A DNA stretch of 64,000 bases from an uncultured Rickettsiales bacterium (lineage in GTDB: Bacteria; Myxococcota_A; UBA796; UBA9615; CAYRNR01): the NCBI GenBank assembly GCA_964558555.1, contig CAZLEO010000008.1:61-64060 (forward strand), read 5' to 3'. The translations under genes and the position numbers were made by a program. Positions 8,883 through 18,891 of this stretch are shown piece by piece (position 1 is the first letter of the stretch; every line of letters begins with the position of its first letter). The notes beneath the pieces are model-generated. The model searched no databases. It worked only from the letters and a program-made list of their open reading frames with translations, and was not told where the DNA came from.

Positions 8883-9344
8883 CTACCAGCCGGGATCGCA
8901 GTCGGAGTTGCTGACCGTGCCCTCCAGGCGCCACATGGGCGCGCCGAAGAAGCAGCACAGCTCGTCGTCGAACTCGTCGAACTCGAACGTGGCGCTGTCG
9001 GGGCCATACGTGTCGCCGAAGTAGGTGTCCATGGACGACCAATCGATGTCTACGGTGCCGTCGTCGTGCGCGGTCCAGGTGCCCTTGTCGAGGAAGGTCC
9101 AGCCGTCGATCTCCGAGAACCCGTACATCCGGTTGTCGGCGCACAGGGTCCAGCCGACCTCCACGTACTCGCCGGACGCCAGCGTACCGGCGATGTACCA
9201 GGCGCCGACCACCGAGTTCTCGATGGACTCCTCCTCGTAGTATTCGCCCTCCTCGCCTTCGCCGCCTTCGGGGTGGGGGGGGCAGCCCAGGGCCAGGGTC
9301 AGGATGGAGCAAGCGATGAGGGTGATGAGAGTCTTGGGATGCAT
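8883..9344 (-). CDS. Hypothetical lipoprotein.
   Basis: MHPKTLITLIACSILTLALGC lipobox signal. GGAGG Shine-Dalgarno sequence. Acidic GEGEEGEYYEEE linker. Confidence 0.55.
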   Translation of the reverse strand: MHPKTLITLIACSILTLALGCPPHPEGGEGEEGEYYEEESIENSVVGAWYIAGTLASGEYVEVGWTLCADNRMYGFSEIDGWTFLDKGTWTAHDDGTVDIDWSSMDTYFGDTYGPDSATFEFDEFDDELCCFFGAPMWRLEGTVSNSDCDPGW

Positions 9345-9506
9345 GATGTGAACCTCCGGGGATTGTTGTGGCGACCTTCGATTGCCGCCTTCTGGTCCCT
9401 GGGTGCGGTGGGCCATCAGTCCGTCACAAGAAAGGCTGTCTTTTTTTTGGATCGAGCCGACGTGACCCGTTCGTGGGGCGGGCCGGAGGGGGCGGAGGGC
9501 GGTGAG

Positions 9507-12500
9507 TTACCGCTTGCAGGGGTGGTCGGGTGCGGGATCGGACACGACTGGACCCCCGTCTCGCCAGACCACCGGGACGCTGGACCAGACGTCCTCGACG
9601 ACGTCGCAGTACGGGCGTTCGAAGGTCCGCAGATCCACGATCTGGGCGTCGCCGAGCTCGGTGGCGGCGTGCAAAGTCGGGCCGTCGATCCGCAGGTGGG
9701 TGACCGCGCCGTGTAGCTTCTCGGTGTGGAGCCGAGCGCCGTCTCGGAGGCTCCACAATCCGAGGGTCCCGTTGCCGAAGCCGGCCACGAGGGTGTCCAT
9801 CGGTCCCGTGCGCAGGGAGGTCACGGGGCTGGAGGGCAGGTCCTCCAGCTCCAGAGTCGGGCCGTGGGCGGAGGCTCCCGACGTGCGCACCGCGATCGCG
9901 CCGTCCCGATAGCCCTGGACGCTCGTCCCGTCCACCCGATGCACCGCGGTCAGCCCCGTGCCGACGTCCCACTGCGAGAGCTGGGCCCCGTCGGTGCCCA
10001 GGAGGTGGGCGCGGTCGTCTGCGATGGCCAGGACCCCCTCGGGATCCCCGGAGATCGCCGAGACCCCGGACAGCGCCCTGGTCCAGCGGCCATCGAGGGA
10101 CAGCGTGTGCACCTCGCCGGCGGCGTCGAGGACCGCGCAGCCGCCCGCGTGTGCCACCAGCGCGGTGGCCGGAGGAGCCCGGTCGTCCGCATGGGGGCGA
10201 TCGGCGGCGGTGTCCCAGATCCACAGGCGTCCGTCCTCCGAGTAGGAACAGACGTGAGAGGCGTGGGACGCCGCGAGCACTGCGTCGGACTGGACGTGGT
10301 CGCGCCAGGCCGCGCTGGGGGGCGCGGAGCCGGGCTCGTCGGGGCGCTGCCAGCCGCGGTGGGTCAGCAGCTCGACCGGGGAGTCCATCATCAGCCGGGT
10401 CCACCAGGCCGGTCGGCCGTCCTCGGTGTGCCACAGGCGGACGGTGCCCTCGTCTCCGGCGGTCGCCGTCCAGTCGCCGTCGGGGCTGAATGCGAGGTCG
10501 ACCACGTCGCGCAGGTGCCCCCGCATGATCGTGGACTCCGATCCGTCGAGCGGCACGACCGCCGCGGTCCCGTCCCCGCAGGCCACGCCCACGCGCTGGT
10601 CGTCGGGGTGGTAGGTCACGGTCCAGTTGACGTGCGGTAGGCCGGTGTCGGCGCGCAGCTCGACGCGACCGTCGCCGTGAGTGTCGAGGATGCTCAGCAC
10701 GTCCCCTTCTCCGCTCACGGCCAGGTGAGAGCCGTCCTCGCTGAACTCCACGTGCACGGGCCAGGGGCCCACGTCCACGGCGCGCATGTGCCGGCCTCCG
10801 TCGATCCGCCAGAGGTGCACCTTTCCGTCGGTCGCCGCGCCGGCGAGGAGGCGCCCGTCCGGACTGACGTCGATCCCCCAGACTCCCGCCCCGCCCGTAT
10901 CCAGTGAGAGCCCCCGCTCGAACGCCGGGAGGCTCCACTGGTGGATCTCTCCAGACCACCCGCTGGAGTACAGCGTGTCACCGCCATCGGCGAAGCGGAC
11001 GTCGTACGCGCCCGACTCCCGCGCGGGGGACCGGGCGAGGAGTTCGCCGGAGTCGAGGTCCCACAGGTACACCACGCCGTCGAGGCCGGCGGCCACGACC
11101 CTGCGGCCCGTCGGGTCGACTCGCACGCGCGCGAAGCCGTCCTCCGGACCCGCGAGACTGCGCAGCTGTTCGCCGGTTTCCACGTCCCAGATCCGCACCG
11201 TTCCGTCGTAGCTCGACGAGAGCAGCCATCGGCCGTCCGCGGAGAAGGCCACGCCGTCGACCGTGCTGTCGTGGCCGCGGGCCGTGGTCGGCGCGGGTGT
11301 ACGGTCCAGGTCCCACAGCCGCACGGTCTGGTCCCGACCGCTCAGCGACGCGACGTGGCGGCCGTCCGGCGCGAAGACGACGCGCCGAATCCAGCCGTCG
11401 TGGCCCGCCACCGTGCGCCGGAGCTCGCCGGTGGTGACGTCCCAGATGTGGATGGCCCGGTCCTGGCCGCCCGTGGCCAGCTCGCGGCCGTCCGGCGAGA
11501 ACGACACCCCCCACAGGATGTCCGTGTGGCCCTCCAGATCGAGGCGCAGTTCCCCGGTCTGGGGGTTCCAGAGCTTGACGACATGGTCGCGGCCCAGGGA
11601 GGCGAGCTGCTCGCCGTCGGGGCTGAACCGGACCATGTGGATGCGCTGGGAATGTCCTTCGAGCGCGCGGATCTGGGCGCCGGTGGCCGCATCCCACAGG
11701 CGCACGGTGGCGTCCGAGCTGGCCGTGGCGATCCAGCGCCCGCGGGGGTCGAAGTCCACCGTGTGCGCGATGTCCTCGTGACCGACGAGATCCAGCCGCG
11801 CCTCGCCCGTGTCCGTGTGGAAGATCCGCGCGCGCTCGGACCAGCCGACGACCCCCAAGGACGCGCCGTCAGCGGAGAACCGCAGGTCGTTGATCTCGCC
11901 GAGCTCGGTGTCCACGGTGCGTGTGTCGCCGCCGGCGAGGTCGCGCAGGATGACGGTGCCCAGGCTCGTCCCGGACGCCAGCCAACGACCGTCCGGAGAG
12001 TAGGCGACGGCCATGTACAGCGCGTCGATGTCGCGCAGGATCTCCGACTGGCCGGAGGAGACGTCGAAGACCTGCACTGCGCCGTCGGCGCGGCACACGG
12101 CGACGGAACCCCCGTCCGGTGAGAACGCCAGGTCGTATGGGGCCGCCGGCAGCTCGTGATGCCAGACGAGGGGCTGTCGGCTCAGGCTCCACCACAGCGC
12201 TCGGGCCGTGGCCGAGTCACGGGTCTCCAGGGCGTTTCGCAGCCTGGCGCGGGCTTCCAGGAGGTCGCCACGCAGGTTCGCCGTCCGGGCGCCCTCGAGC
12301 ATGGCCGTGGCCTGACCCTCCTGGGCCAGGTCCCGCTGGCGGGCCGTGCGGTGATTCATCCATCCCAGCACGGCGGCGAGCGCGATCAGCGCGGCGAACC
12401 CAGCCACCAGGAGGCTCCGCCGTCGTCTCACACGCGCCCGCTCCTGGCGGCTGCCGACCACGAGGAACTCCATCGCCACGTGGGGCAGGCCGGACATCCG

Positions 12501-15107
12501 CCGTGCCCGCCGGTCGGCGTCGCGGAGGGCGTCCCCGGTCCAGACCTCGCTTGCCAGACGCCCGCGCCTCGCCCAGAGCTGGGCGGCCTGCGTCAGCTCG
12601 CTCGCGAACGCCCGGTCCGCGTGGCTCTCGTCGAGCCAGCGACGGAGCCGATCCCACTCTCCGACGAGGGACTCGTGGACCAGCTCGAGGGTGGCCTTCT
12701 CGTCCACGGATTCCTGTGCGCCGTCGCCACCTTCGGTCGCTACGCCATCGCCCCGGCTCCCCATCGATCGCTGGACGAGGACCAGTCTGCCCGTGACGAG
12801 CCGAACGAGCACGCCGCCAGCCTCCTCGGGTAGGTCCGCGAGCAGGTCGGAGCGAGTGACGACCCTTCTTGTCCCGTCGGGCCGCACCAGTCGCAGGAGG
12901 ATGTCCCGCGCCCACCCCAGCTGTTCTCCGTGCAGGCCGGCGAGGACGGCGTCGGCGTGGTGTGCCAGCGCGCCGGCCATGCCGCCCATGGACTCGTACT
13001 CACTGCGCAGCAACAGCCGAGCCTGGGTGTCGCGGTGGAGCCACAGGTGCTTGCCCACGACCTGTAGCAGCGGCAGCGCCGCGGCCTCGCCTCGGACGGC
13101 GTCGACCATCTCACCGACCAGGGCCGGGTCGTCGTAGGCATAGCCCGCGAGTTCGACGGGTCGGATGAGGATCTCCCGCAACCCCGCAGAGCCCGGAGGC
13201 CGTATCACAACCACCCGCGCCATCGCCGCCCGCGCGGCGGGGCCGATGGCGACGCGGGCGAGGAAGTCGTCGCGCAAGGTCGCGATCATCCGCACGGGGC
13301 CGTCGGGATCGTCGGCGGCGAGACAGATCGCCTCCATGAACACCCGGCGCTCGCGCTCGTCGTCCACCAGCGTGCACAGCTCCTCGAGCTGATCCACGAA
13401 CAACAGCACGCGGACCGGTCGGTCGTCCCCGGCGGCGGCTCCGAACGGGTCGCGAGTGGGCTGCGATCGGCCGGCGAACTCGCTCAGGCGCAACGCCAGC
13501 CTCGATGGGGATTCGTGAAGATCGCGGGCGAGCTCGGCGCGTAGCGCATCCACCTCCCCTGGAGTCGGCCGCCTGTGCGGCGTTGCCGGTCCGAGCTCTC
13601 CTTCGGTCGGCGGAATGCTCGAGCGGCTCGAACTCAGCGTCCACGTGCGTTCGTCCCCGGTCAGCAGCCGCTCGGCCAACGAACGCATCGGATCGCGCCC
13701 GGGCCGGAGCTGCAGCACGATCCAGCGACCCTGGTCCCGCAGCTTGGGGATGATCCCCGCCTGGACGAAAGAGCTCTTGCCGGATCCCGAGGCCCCCAGA
13801 ACGGCAATCGTCGACTCCTCGCGGAGACGCTCGAGGAGGGAGGCGATCTCCGCGTTCCTGCCGAAGAAGCGTTCAGCGTCCTTCTCCACGCAGGGCAGCA
13901 GCCCCCGGAAGGGGGGCTCCTCGACGGAGCGTCCCGTTCGCGCCACGGCGGCGAACTGCGCCAGTGACTCGGCGAGCTCGGAGATCGCGGGCCGTCGCCG
14001 GGGATCCCGGTCCATGCAGCGAGCCACGGTCTGGGCCAGCTGGGAGGGGAGCCCTTCCTCGTCCAGAGGAGCGAAGGGCTTGCGGGTGACCCGCATGGCC
14101 ATGGTCAGCCCGGGCATCCCCGCGAGAGGGTGCTCGCCGGCCAGCAGCTCGTACAGGATCATCCCCAACGCCCACACGTCCGTCGCGCTGCTGACGTCCT
14201 CTTCGAGCCACTGTTCCGGCGCCATGTACGGCGGCGTGCCCCGCAGACCCCGGGCGTGGGACTCGAACGTGCCCATCAGGTTGTCGTCCGTGGGCAGGGC
14301 CTGGGATCGGGCGTGCGGTTCCACACGCCCGGACTCCTCCACCGGCACGAGTTTGGCCAGACCGAAGTCCAGCACGCGCACGGTCCCGTCCTTGACGAGC
14401 ATCACGTTGTCGGGCTTGAGGTCCCGGTGGAGGATGCGGTGACGGTGCGCCTCGACCAGCGCCTCGGCGATGGCGAGCCCGATGCGGAGGATGTCTCGCA
14501 CGCCGACGCGCTCCTCGGTCATCCTCCTGCGCAGGGTCATCCCCTCCAGGTACTCGAGCGCGACGTATGGATTCTCTCCGTACTCACCCACCGCATGGAT
14601 GGTGACGATGTTGGGGTGATTGAATCTTGCGGTTGCACGCGCCTCGAATATGAACCTCTCGATGGCGCGCCGCGAGCCCATGTCCCGAGGCCGCAGGACT
14701 TTCAGCGCCACCTTTCGGCCGAGTCTCGTGTCCCGAGCCAGGTAGACCTCGCCCATGCCACCGCCGCCGAGTCGCCGCAGGATCTGGAGGTGGTCGACCC
14801 GCACACCGGGCTCCAGGGGCTGCGTCGGCGCTCCGGGTGGATCGAGTGCCCTCTCTCGGGCCGAGCCGCCACTGTCCACCTCGGTGTCGAAGGTGCCGGA
14901 CGCCTGCAGGCTCGCCGATAGGGACTGGCCGACGCTCCACAACAGGGTCCGCGCGTCGTGGATACCTGGGACGCTCTCCGGTTCCAGCTCCATCGCCTCG
15001 CGCAGCAACCGAGCACCCACCCGGCACTTCGGGCACGCGGAGAGGTGAGCCTGCACGGCCTCGGCCGGGGTGGGGTCGAGGAGCTCCTCGTCCGTACAGT
15101 GGCGCAT
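9507..15107 (-). CDS. Giant signalling protein of ~1867 aa. It has an N-terminal anti-sigma (zf-HC2) domain, a Ser/Thr protein kinase, a NACHT/AAA+ STAND ATPase, a transmembrane-like segment and ~14 WD40 repeats.
   Basis: N-terminus MRHCTDEELL...HLSACPKCR. Kinase motifs GGGGMGEVY, VALK, HRDLKPDN, DFGLAK. P-loop GASGSGKSS. Repeated WD motifs (LWD/IWD/VWD). The supplied 2391-aa ORF extends through the ECF gene in another frame; the real start, with signal-free ATG at 15105-15107, is placed 5 nt after the sigma stop. Confidence 0.8.
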   Translation of the reverse strand: MRHCTDEELLDPTPAEAVQAHLSACPKCRVGARLLREAMELEPESVPGIHDARTLLWSVGQSLSASLQASGTFDTEVDSGGSARERALDPPGAPTQPLEPGVRVDHLQILRRLGGGGMGEVYLARDTRLGRKVALKVLRPRDMGSRRAIERFIFEARATARFNHPNIVTIHAVGEYGENPYVALEYLEGMTLRRRMTEERVGVRDILRIGLAIAEALVEAHRHRILHRDLKPDNVMLVKDGTVRVLDFGLAKLVPVEESGRVEPHARSQALPTDDNLMGTFESHARGLRGTPPYMAPEQWLEEDVSSATDVWALGMILYELLAGEHPLAGMPGLTMAMRVTRKPFAPLDEEGLPSQLAQTVARCMDRDPRRRPAISELAESLAQFAAVARTGRSVEEPPFRGLLPCVEKDAERFFGRNAEIASLLERLREESTIAVLGASGSGKSSFVQAGIIPKLRDQGRWIVLQLRPGRDPMRSLAERLLTGDERTWTLSSSRSSIPPTEGELGPATPHRRPTPGEVDALRAELARDLHESPSRLALRLSEFAGRSQPTRDPFGAAAGDDRPVRVLLFVDQLEELCTLVDDERERRVFMEAICLAADDPDGPVRMIATLRDDFLARVAIGPAARAAMARVVVIRPPGSAGLREILIRPVELAGYAYDDPALVGEMVDAVRGEAAALPLLQVVGKHLWLHRDTQARLLLRSEYESMGGMAGALAHHADAVLAGLHGEQLGWARDILLRLVRPDGTRRVVTRSDLLADLPEEAGGVLVRLVTGRLVLVQRSMGSRGDGVATEGGDGAQESVDEKATLELVHESLVGEWDRLRRWLDESHADRAFASELTQAAQLWARRGRLASEVWTGDALRDADRRARRMSGLPHVAMEFLVVGSRQERARVRRRRSLLVAGFAALIALAAVLGWMNHRTARQRDLAQEGQATAMLEGARTANLRGDLLEARARLRNALETRDSATARALWWSLSRQPLVWHHELPAAPYDLAFSPDGGSVAVCRADGAVQVFDVSSGQSEILRDIDALYMAVAYSPDGRWLASGTSLGTVILRDLAGGDTRTVDTELGEINDLRFSADGASLGVVGWSERARIFHTDTGEARLDLVGHEDIAHTVDFDPRGRWIATASSDATVRLWDAATGAQIRALEGHSQRIHMVRFSPDGEQLASLGRDHVVKLWNPQTGELRLDLEGHTDILWGVSFSPDGRELATGGQDRAIHIWDVTTGELRRTVAGHDGWIRRVVFAPDGRHVASLSGRDQTVRLWDLDRTPAPTTARGHDSTVDGVAFSADGRWLLSSSYDGTVRIWDVETGEQLRSLAGPEDGFARVRVDPTGRRVVAAGLDGVVYLWDLDSGELLARSPARESGAYDVRFADGGDTLYSSGWSGEIHQWSLPAFERGLSLDTGGAGVWGIDVSPDGRLLAGAATDGKVHLWRIDGGRHMRAVDVGPWPVHVEFSEDGSHLAVSGEGDVLSILDTHGDGRVELRADTGLPHVNWTVTYHPDDQRVGVACGDGTAAVVPLDGSESTIMRGHLRDVVDLAFSPDGDWTATAGDEGTVRLWHTEDGRPAWWTRLMMDSPVELLTHRGWQRPDEPGSAPPSAAWRDHVQSDAVLAASHASHVCSYSEDGRLWIWDTAADRPHADDRAPPATALVAHAGGCAVLDAAGEVHTLSLDGRWTRALSGVSAISGDPEGVLAIADDRAHLLGTDGAQLSQWDVGTGLTAVHRVDGTSVQGYRDGAIAVRTSGASAHGPTLELEDLPSSPVTSLRTGPMDTLVAGFGNGTLGLWSLRDGARLHTEKLHGAVTHLRIDGPTLHAATELGDAQIVDLRTFERPYCDVVEDVWSSVPVVWRDGGPVVSDPAPDHPCKR

Positions 15108-15112
15108 GCCGC

Positions 15113-15748
15113 TCACCGGGTCTCCCACACGAAGGACGTGCCGTGGCCCAGCTGGGCCAGCCGGGCTTTCAGCTCGGCCTTGAGCTTGCGCCGGCAGCGC
15201 TGGAGCAGGCCGCGCGCGCCGGACGCGGTGGTCAGCCCGAGCAGGTCCGTGATCCGGTCCTGGGGCATCTGTTCGACGTAGCGCAGATACACCGCCTCTT
15301 GCTCCTGCTCCTCCAGCACGGCGGCAGCGGCGCTCCTGAGCAGCTCTTCGCGCTCTTGCCGCCCAAGAGCCGAGAGCGCCCCCTTCTCGTCGGAGGTCGG
15401 GTCGAGCAGACCGTCGACGGAAAGCAGGTCCTGCTTGCGCCGGAAAGCGCCATAGCAAACCCTCTTGGCGATGCCGTACAGCCACGTGCTGAAGGCGGAG
15501 TCCCCCCGGAACGTCGGGAGCCTGCGCCAGGCGGTCAGCAACGTCTCCTGGGCCAGGTCGCGCGCCTTCTCGGGGTCGCCGGCGAAGCGGTAGCAGATGG
15601 CGTAGACGCGGTCCTGATGGCGGGCGAAGAGCTGCTCGAGGTCGGCGGAGAGGGATGCAGAGGCGGACCCCTCGCCCTGCGCAACGAGCCGCACGCGCTT
15701 CAGCAGCGCCTCCTCGTCGCGAGCCTTGCGGTCCCCTGGCCTGTTCAT
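15113..15748 (-). CDS. ECF (sigma-70 family) RNA polymerase sigma factor.
   Basis: Region 2 (YAICYRFAGDPEKARDLAQETLLTAWRRL) and region 4 (EAVYLRYVEQMPQDRITDLLGLT). Confidence 0.85.
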   Translation of the reverse strand: MNRPGDRKARDEEALLKRVRLVAQGEGSASASLSADLEQLFARHQDRVYAICYRFAGDPEKARDLAQETLLTAWRRLPTFRGDSAFSTWLYGIAKRVCYGAFRRKQDLLSVDGLLDPTSDEKGALSALGRQEREELLRSAAAAVLEEQEQEAVYLRYVEQMPQDRITDLLGLTTASGARGLLQRCRRKLKAELKARLAQLGHGTSFVWETR

Positions 15749-15930
15749 GGCGATCCCTGCCCCACTCTCGAGCGCCTCGCCGCGAGCCTAGCACAGCCTC
15801 GGCGCCCCGCGAATGTACGCGCGAGGATGCCATCGCCCACGTGACGGCCACGACGGGTACAATCTGTGGTTGAGTGCCCGGATTGATGCGGCACCGGGGG
15901 CCGAAGCATCGTCCTGGCAAAGGAGGGAAC

Positions 15931-17211
15931 GTGAGACGCTCGATCCGACGCTCTGCGGTGTTGCGGCCGGCTCGACTCCTGATCGCCCTCGCGGTGCTGG
16001 GGACGGGCGGCACTGCCGCGGCCGGAGAGGCGTGCGGCATCTTCGAGCTGGCTGCCAGCGGCTCCAAGGCGACCAAGAACGTGGTGGTGAACCTGACCTC
16101 GCTGCTGGCCTCCGAGGTGGAGGCCACCGGCAAGTGCAGCTCCATCGCCATGTTCGCCGCAGAGGACTTCGAGCAGGGCTGCGGCGCGGACCCCGCGTGC
16201 GTGACGGAGTTCGCCGAGTACGACGAGCTGGACCTGATGATCACCGGCACGGTGCGGTTCGAGGCCGACGGGACACGGGTCAAGCTGCGGCTGCTGGATG
16301 CGGCCAGGGGCCGGTTCGTCAGCACCCTCGAGCGCGAGGCCGAGGGCGATCCCGACCGCCTCATGGAGCGCATGGCCGAGTTCGCGGCCGATCTGATGAG
16401 GGACCAGCGGGCCGTCGTGGTGGCAGAGGAGCCGAGCGAGCTGGACCTGATCGGCGACCTGGATCTGGTGGACGACCTCGACGACCCAGGCAGCGCCGAG
16501 GACGACTCCATCGTGGTGGAAGCCGAGGGGGCGGACTGGGAGGACGTGCCCATCGACGAGGTGGTCCGGCCCGTGGAGGAGGGGCCCATCGAGCTGGAGG
16601 TGTCGACCCTCGAGGAACGTGAGCGGATTGCCGTGGAGGAGGGGGATCTCGCCGACGCCGAGGACATGCCAGGGGCCTCCACCCTGCTCGGTCATGACTC
16701 CACGGGCCCCGAGCTGCTGTTCCGCATCGATCCCCGCCTGGGCATCAAGGCCTTTGGCGGGGTCGCGTTCTGGCAGGAGCCACACGGCGAGTTCGGGCTG
16801 GACTTCTCCATACACGTCAAGCCCCAGGCCTTCTTCGATGTGGAGGTCGGCACCTGGATCGGCACCAAGCATCAGCCGGGCAGCGATGACCTGTGGACCT
16901 ACGCGCTGTTGCCGTTCTCCATCGGGTTCGGCGCCAAGGGGCAGCGGCTGCCCCTGGTCCATCCCTACGTGGTCGGGGCGGCGATGGGTATCGTGTACTT
17001 CGTCAGCCCCAACAACGGCCTTCCCCAGCTGGCCTTCGGTGGCTGCGTCAAGGGCGGCATCGACCTGATGATCAAGCAGCGTTTCGGTCTGTTCGTCGAG
17101 GGGAGCGTCGGCGGGGTCTACGCGGGACACATCACGTCCGTGGTGGACGAGGACTACTGGCCGGGGCACGTCGTGTTGTCGCTGAACACCGGCGTGATCC
17201 TGCAGTTGTGA
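15931..17211 (+). CDS. Secreted hypothetical protein. The C-terminal part is beta-rich and may be an outer-membrane barrel.
   Basis: AGGAGGG then a GTG start. Signal peptide RRSAVLRPARLLIALAVLGTGGTAAAG. Acidic linker. Alternating hydrophobic beta strands at the C-terminus. Confidence 0.5.
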   Translation: MRRSIRRSAVLRPARLLIALAVLGTGGTAAAGEACGIFELAASGSKATKNVVVNLTSLLASEVEATGKCSSIAMFAAEDFEQGCGADPACVTEFAEYDELDLMITGTVRFEADGTRVKLRLLDAARGRFVSTLEREAEGDPDRLMERMAEFAADLMRDQRAVVVAEEPSELDLIGDLDLVDDLDDPGSAEDDSIVVEAEGADWEDVPIDEVVRPVEEGPIELEVSTLEERERIAVEEGDLADAEDMPGASTLLGHDSTGPELLFRIDPRLGIKAFGGVAFWQEPHGEFGLDFSIHVKPQAFFDVEVGTWIGTKHQPGSDDLWTYALLPFSIGFGAKGQRLPLVHPYVVGAAMGIVYFVSPNNGLPQLAFGGCVKGGIDLMIKQRFGLFVEGSVGGVYAGHITSVVDEDYWPGHVVLSLNTGVILQL

Positions 17212-17222
17212 GGAGGCCGGGC

Positions 17223-17768
17223 ATGACGCGTACAGTCTTTTCGGTGGTGCCGCTGCTCCTGGCCGTGCCCTTCTGGACGGTGGGGTGCATCGACATGATG
17301 GGGTTCCCGCCGGCGGAGTTCTACGAGGATCCGCTGGAAGCAGAAGGGAGCTTCTTCGAGGATTCGGGGGAGCCCGACGAGTGCGAGATCCCCGAGACCG
17401 AGCCCAACGGTCTGGACGATTCGTACGAGTTCGACACGATCGGTGCCCTGCTCGAGGGACAGAGCGCGACGGTGTGTGGGCGGATCTCCAGCACGGGAGT
17501 GGACGGCGAGGGGTACTTCGACGGGGACTACGACTACTACCTCTTCGAGCTGCTGCATCAGGAACGCGTGACGGTGGAGCTGCGATGGGAGGGCAGCACG
17601 GGGTTCGAGATGATCCTCCTCTCCTGGTCCGGCAGCTACTCGGAACAGACCTGGGGCGACGAGCCGCTTCGGATCAGTGACACCGTGCCTGCGGGGTACT
17701 ACGCGGTTCTGGTGGTGGCCGGGAGCGGCTCGGCGACCGACTACCAGCTGCTCCTCGAGGTGGATTGA
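17223..17768 (+). CDS. Lipoprotein with a PPC (pre-peptidase C-terminal)-like beta-sandwich domain.
   Basis: Lipobox LLLAVPFWTVGC with a GGAGG Shine-Dalgarno sequence. DGDYDYYLFEL...YYAVLVVAGSGSATDYQLLL resembles PPC/collagenase-type domains. Confidence 0.5.
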   Translation: MTRTVFSVVPLLLAVPFWTVGCIDMMGFPPAEFYEDPLEAEGSFFEDSGEPDECEIPETEPNGLDDSYEFDTIGALLEGQSATVCGRISSTGVDGEGYFDGDYDYYLFELLHQERVTVELRWEGSTGFEMILLSWSGSYSEQTWGDEPLRISDTVPAGYYAVLVVAGSGSATDYQLLLEVD

Positions 17769-17769
17769 C

Positions 17770-18891
17770 TCAGGAGTCTTCCTCGTCTTCCTCGTCTTCC
17801 TCGCCGCCGCCTTGTTCGCAATCGGCCGGATCGGGACAGTACAGGAAGTAGCCGATCGCGCGCTGATTCAACTCGGTGTAGTAGTCCAGCACCCAGAGGT
17901 GGATGCGCGGTCCGATGGCCCTCGCCGCGACCATCTGGGCGTCCCCGTCGAGCGTGGTGTTGAGGGGAAGGAAGCCGCCGTGTTGCCGGTTCCACGCGTC
18001 GTCGCCGGGCCCCTTGGACGCCAGCCCTACGTACGAATCACTCACCGAGCGCACGTTGCCCTGGTCGATCCACTCGCCGAAGCCCACGTAGAACATGTAG
18101 TCGTGGTCGTCCAGTTCGACGATGGAGATGTCCACGAAACCCTCGTCGTCCCACTCGCCGTCGGAGCCTGCCTTGAACACGCGGGAAGCATCGACGGCCC
18201 AGTTCTCGGGATCGTCGGTGGAGAGCCGATACACGTTGATTGACCCCTCCTCGACGCTCCCCCCGAGGTAGGCATCGTAGTTGCTCGCGCCGATGTTCAG
18301 CGCCAGGGGCCACGCGTAGTCGACGCCCTCGTAGGTCAGGCCGAAGTCGATGACTGGATTGTTGGGGGACAGCTCCCAGTTCAACCCGTCGTGGGAGGCG
18401 GCCAGCCCGGCGCCGAAGAACGACTTGTCCTCGTCGATACCGCCGTAGAGCATGACGTAGCCGTCCATGTTCACGTCCCAGGCCACCTCCAGGGCCTGGA
18501 CCTTGCCCCCGTCCCAGTCGCTGTTCGAGCGCGAGGGCCAGCCCGGGTTGTCCGGGTGGGGGGTCCACTCGGTCCCGCTGTCGCTGATGGCGTAGCCCAT
18601 GTCGAAGTCACCGCCTTCACTGGGGGAGCCCGCGTACCACAGCTGGTAGAACGGGTGTCCGGCCACCTCGGTGTGCCCGAAGGTGCTGAACGACAGGGTC
18701 TCGGCCCAGTCCTCGCCGGTGGTGGTGAACACGGGATTGCAGTCGTAGCGGTACAGCTCGTCGATGGCCGTGGGCACGAAGGGACACTCGGTGACCTCGT
18801 CGGGGTGCACGTTCACCGCGTGGAGCTGATACTCGCTGCAGGCTGCCAGGCCCAGGCAGACCAGGGTGAGCGGTAGGACGGCCCTACTCAT
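17770..18891 (-). CDS. Lipoprotein, probably a beta-propeller (GH32/43/130-like or BNR-like fold); function unknown.
   Basis: Lipobox LTLVCLGLAAC. Repeated W/Y-G-G-x-D blades. Acidic C-terminal tail. 8-nt overlap (ATGAGTAG) with the upstream gene. Confidence 0.45.
   Translation of the reverse strand: MSRAVLPLTLVCLGLAACSEYQLHAVNVHPDEVTECPFVPTAIDELYRYDCNPVFTTTGEDWAETLSFSTFGHTEVAGHPFYQLWYAGSPSEGGDFDMGYAISDSGTEWTPHPDNPGWPSRSNSDWDGGKVQALEVAWDVNMDGYVMLYGGIDEDKSFFGAGLAASHDGLNWELSPNNPVIDFGLTYEGVDYAWPLALNIGASNYDAYLGGSVEEGSINVYRLSTDDPENWAVDASRVFKAGSDGEWDDEGFVDISIVELDDHDYMFYVGFGEWIDQGNVRSVSDSYVGLASKGPGDDAWNRQHGGFLPLNTTLDGDAQMVAARAIGPRIHLWVLDYYTELNQRAIGYFLYCPDPADCEQGGGEEDEEDEEDS

Noticed and set aside
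7903-9024. 373-aa + strand ORF with RSRSSS repeats.
   Set aside because: It is the antisense reading of the 60-bp tandem repeats of the Cys-rich protein gene.
9424-12833. Long + and - strand ORFs (e.g. 9424-10959-, 9726-10640+, 10941-12122+, 12156-12833+) inside the kinase gene.
   Set aside because: Antisense or out-of-frame within a gene that has clear kinase/NACHT/WD40 domains. Arg/Pro/Gly-rich translations are typical of spurious high-GC ORFs.
15107-16682. 5' extension of the 2391-aa ORF upstream of the kinase start.
   Set aside because: It overlaps the ECF sigma gene in another frame. The real start, with the anti-sigma-like N-terminus, is at 15107.
15745-17169. 474-aa minus-strand ORF.
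   Set aside because: Antisense to the signal-peptide-bearing + strand gene 15931-17211. No domains.
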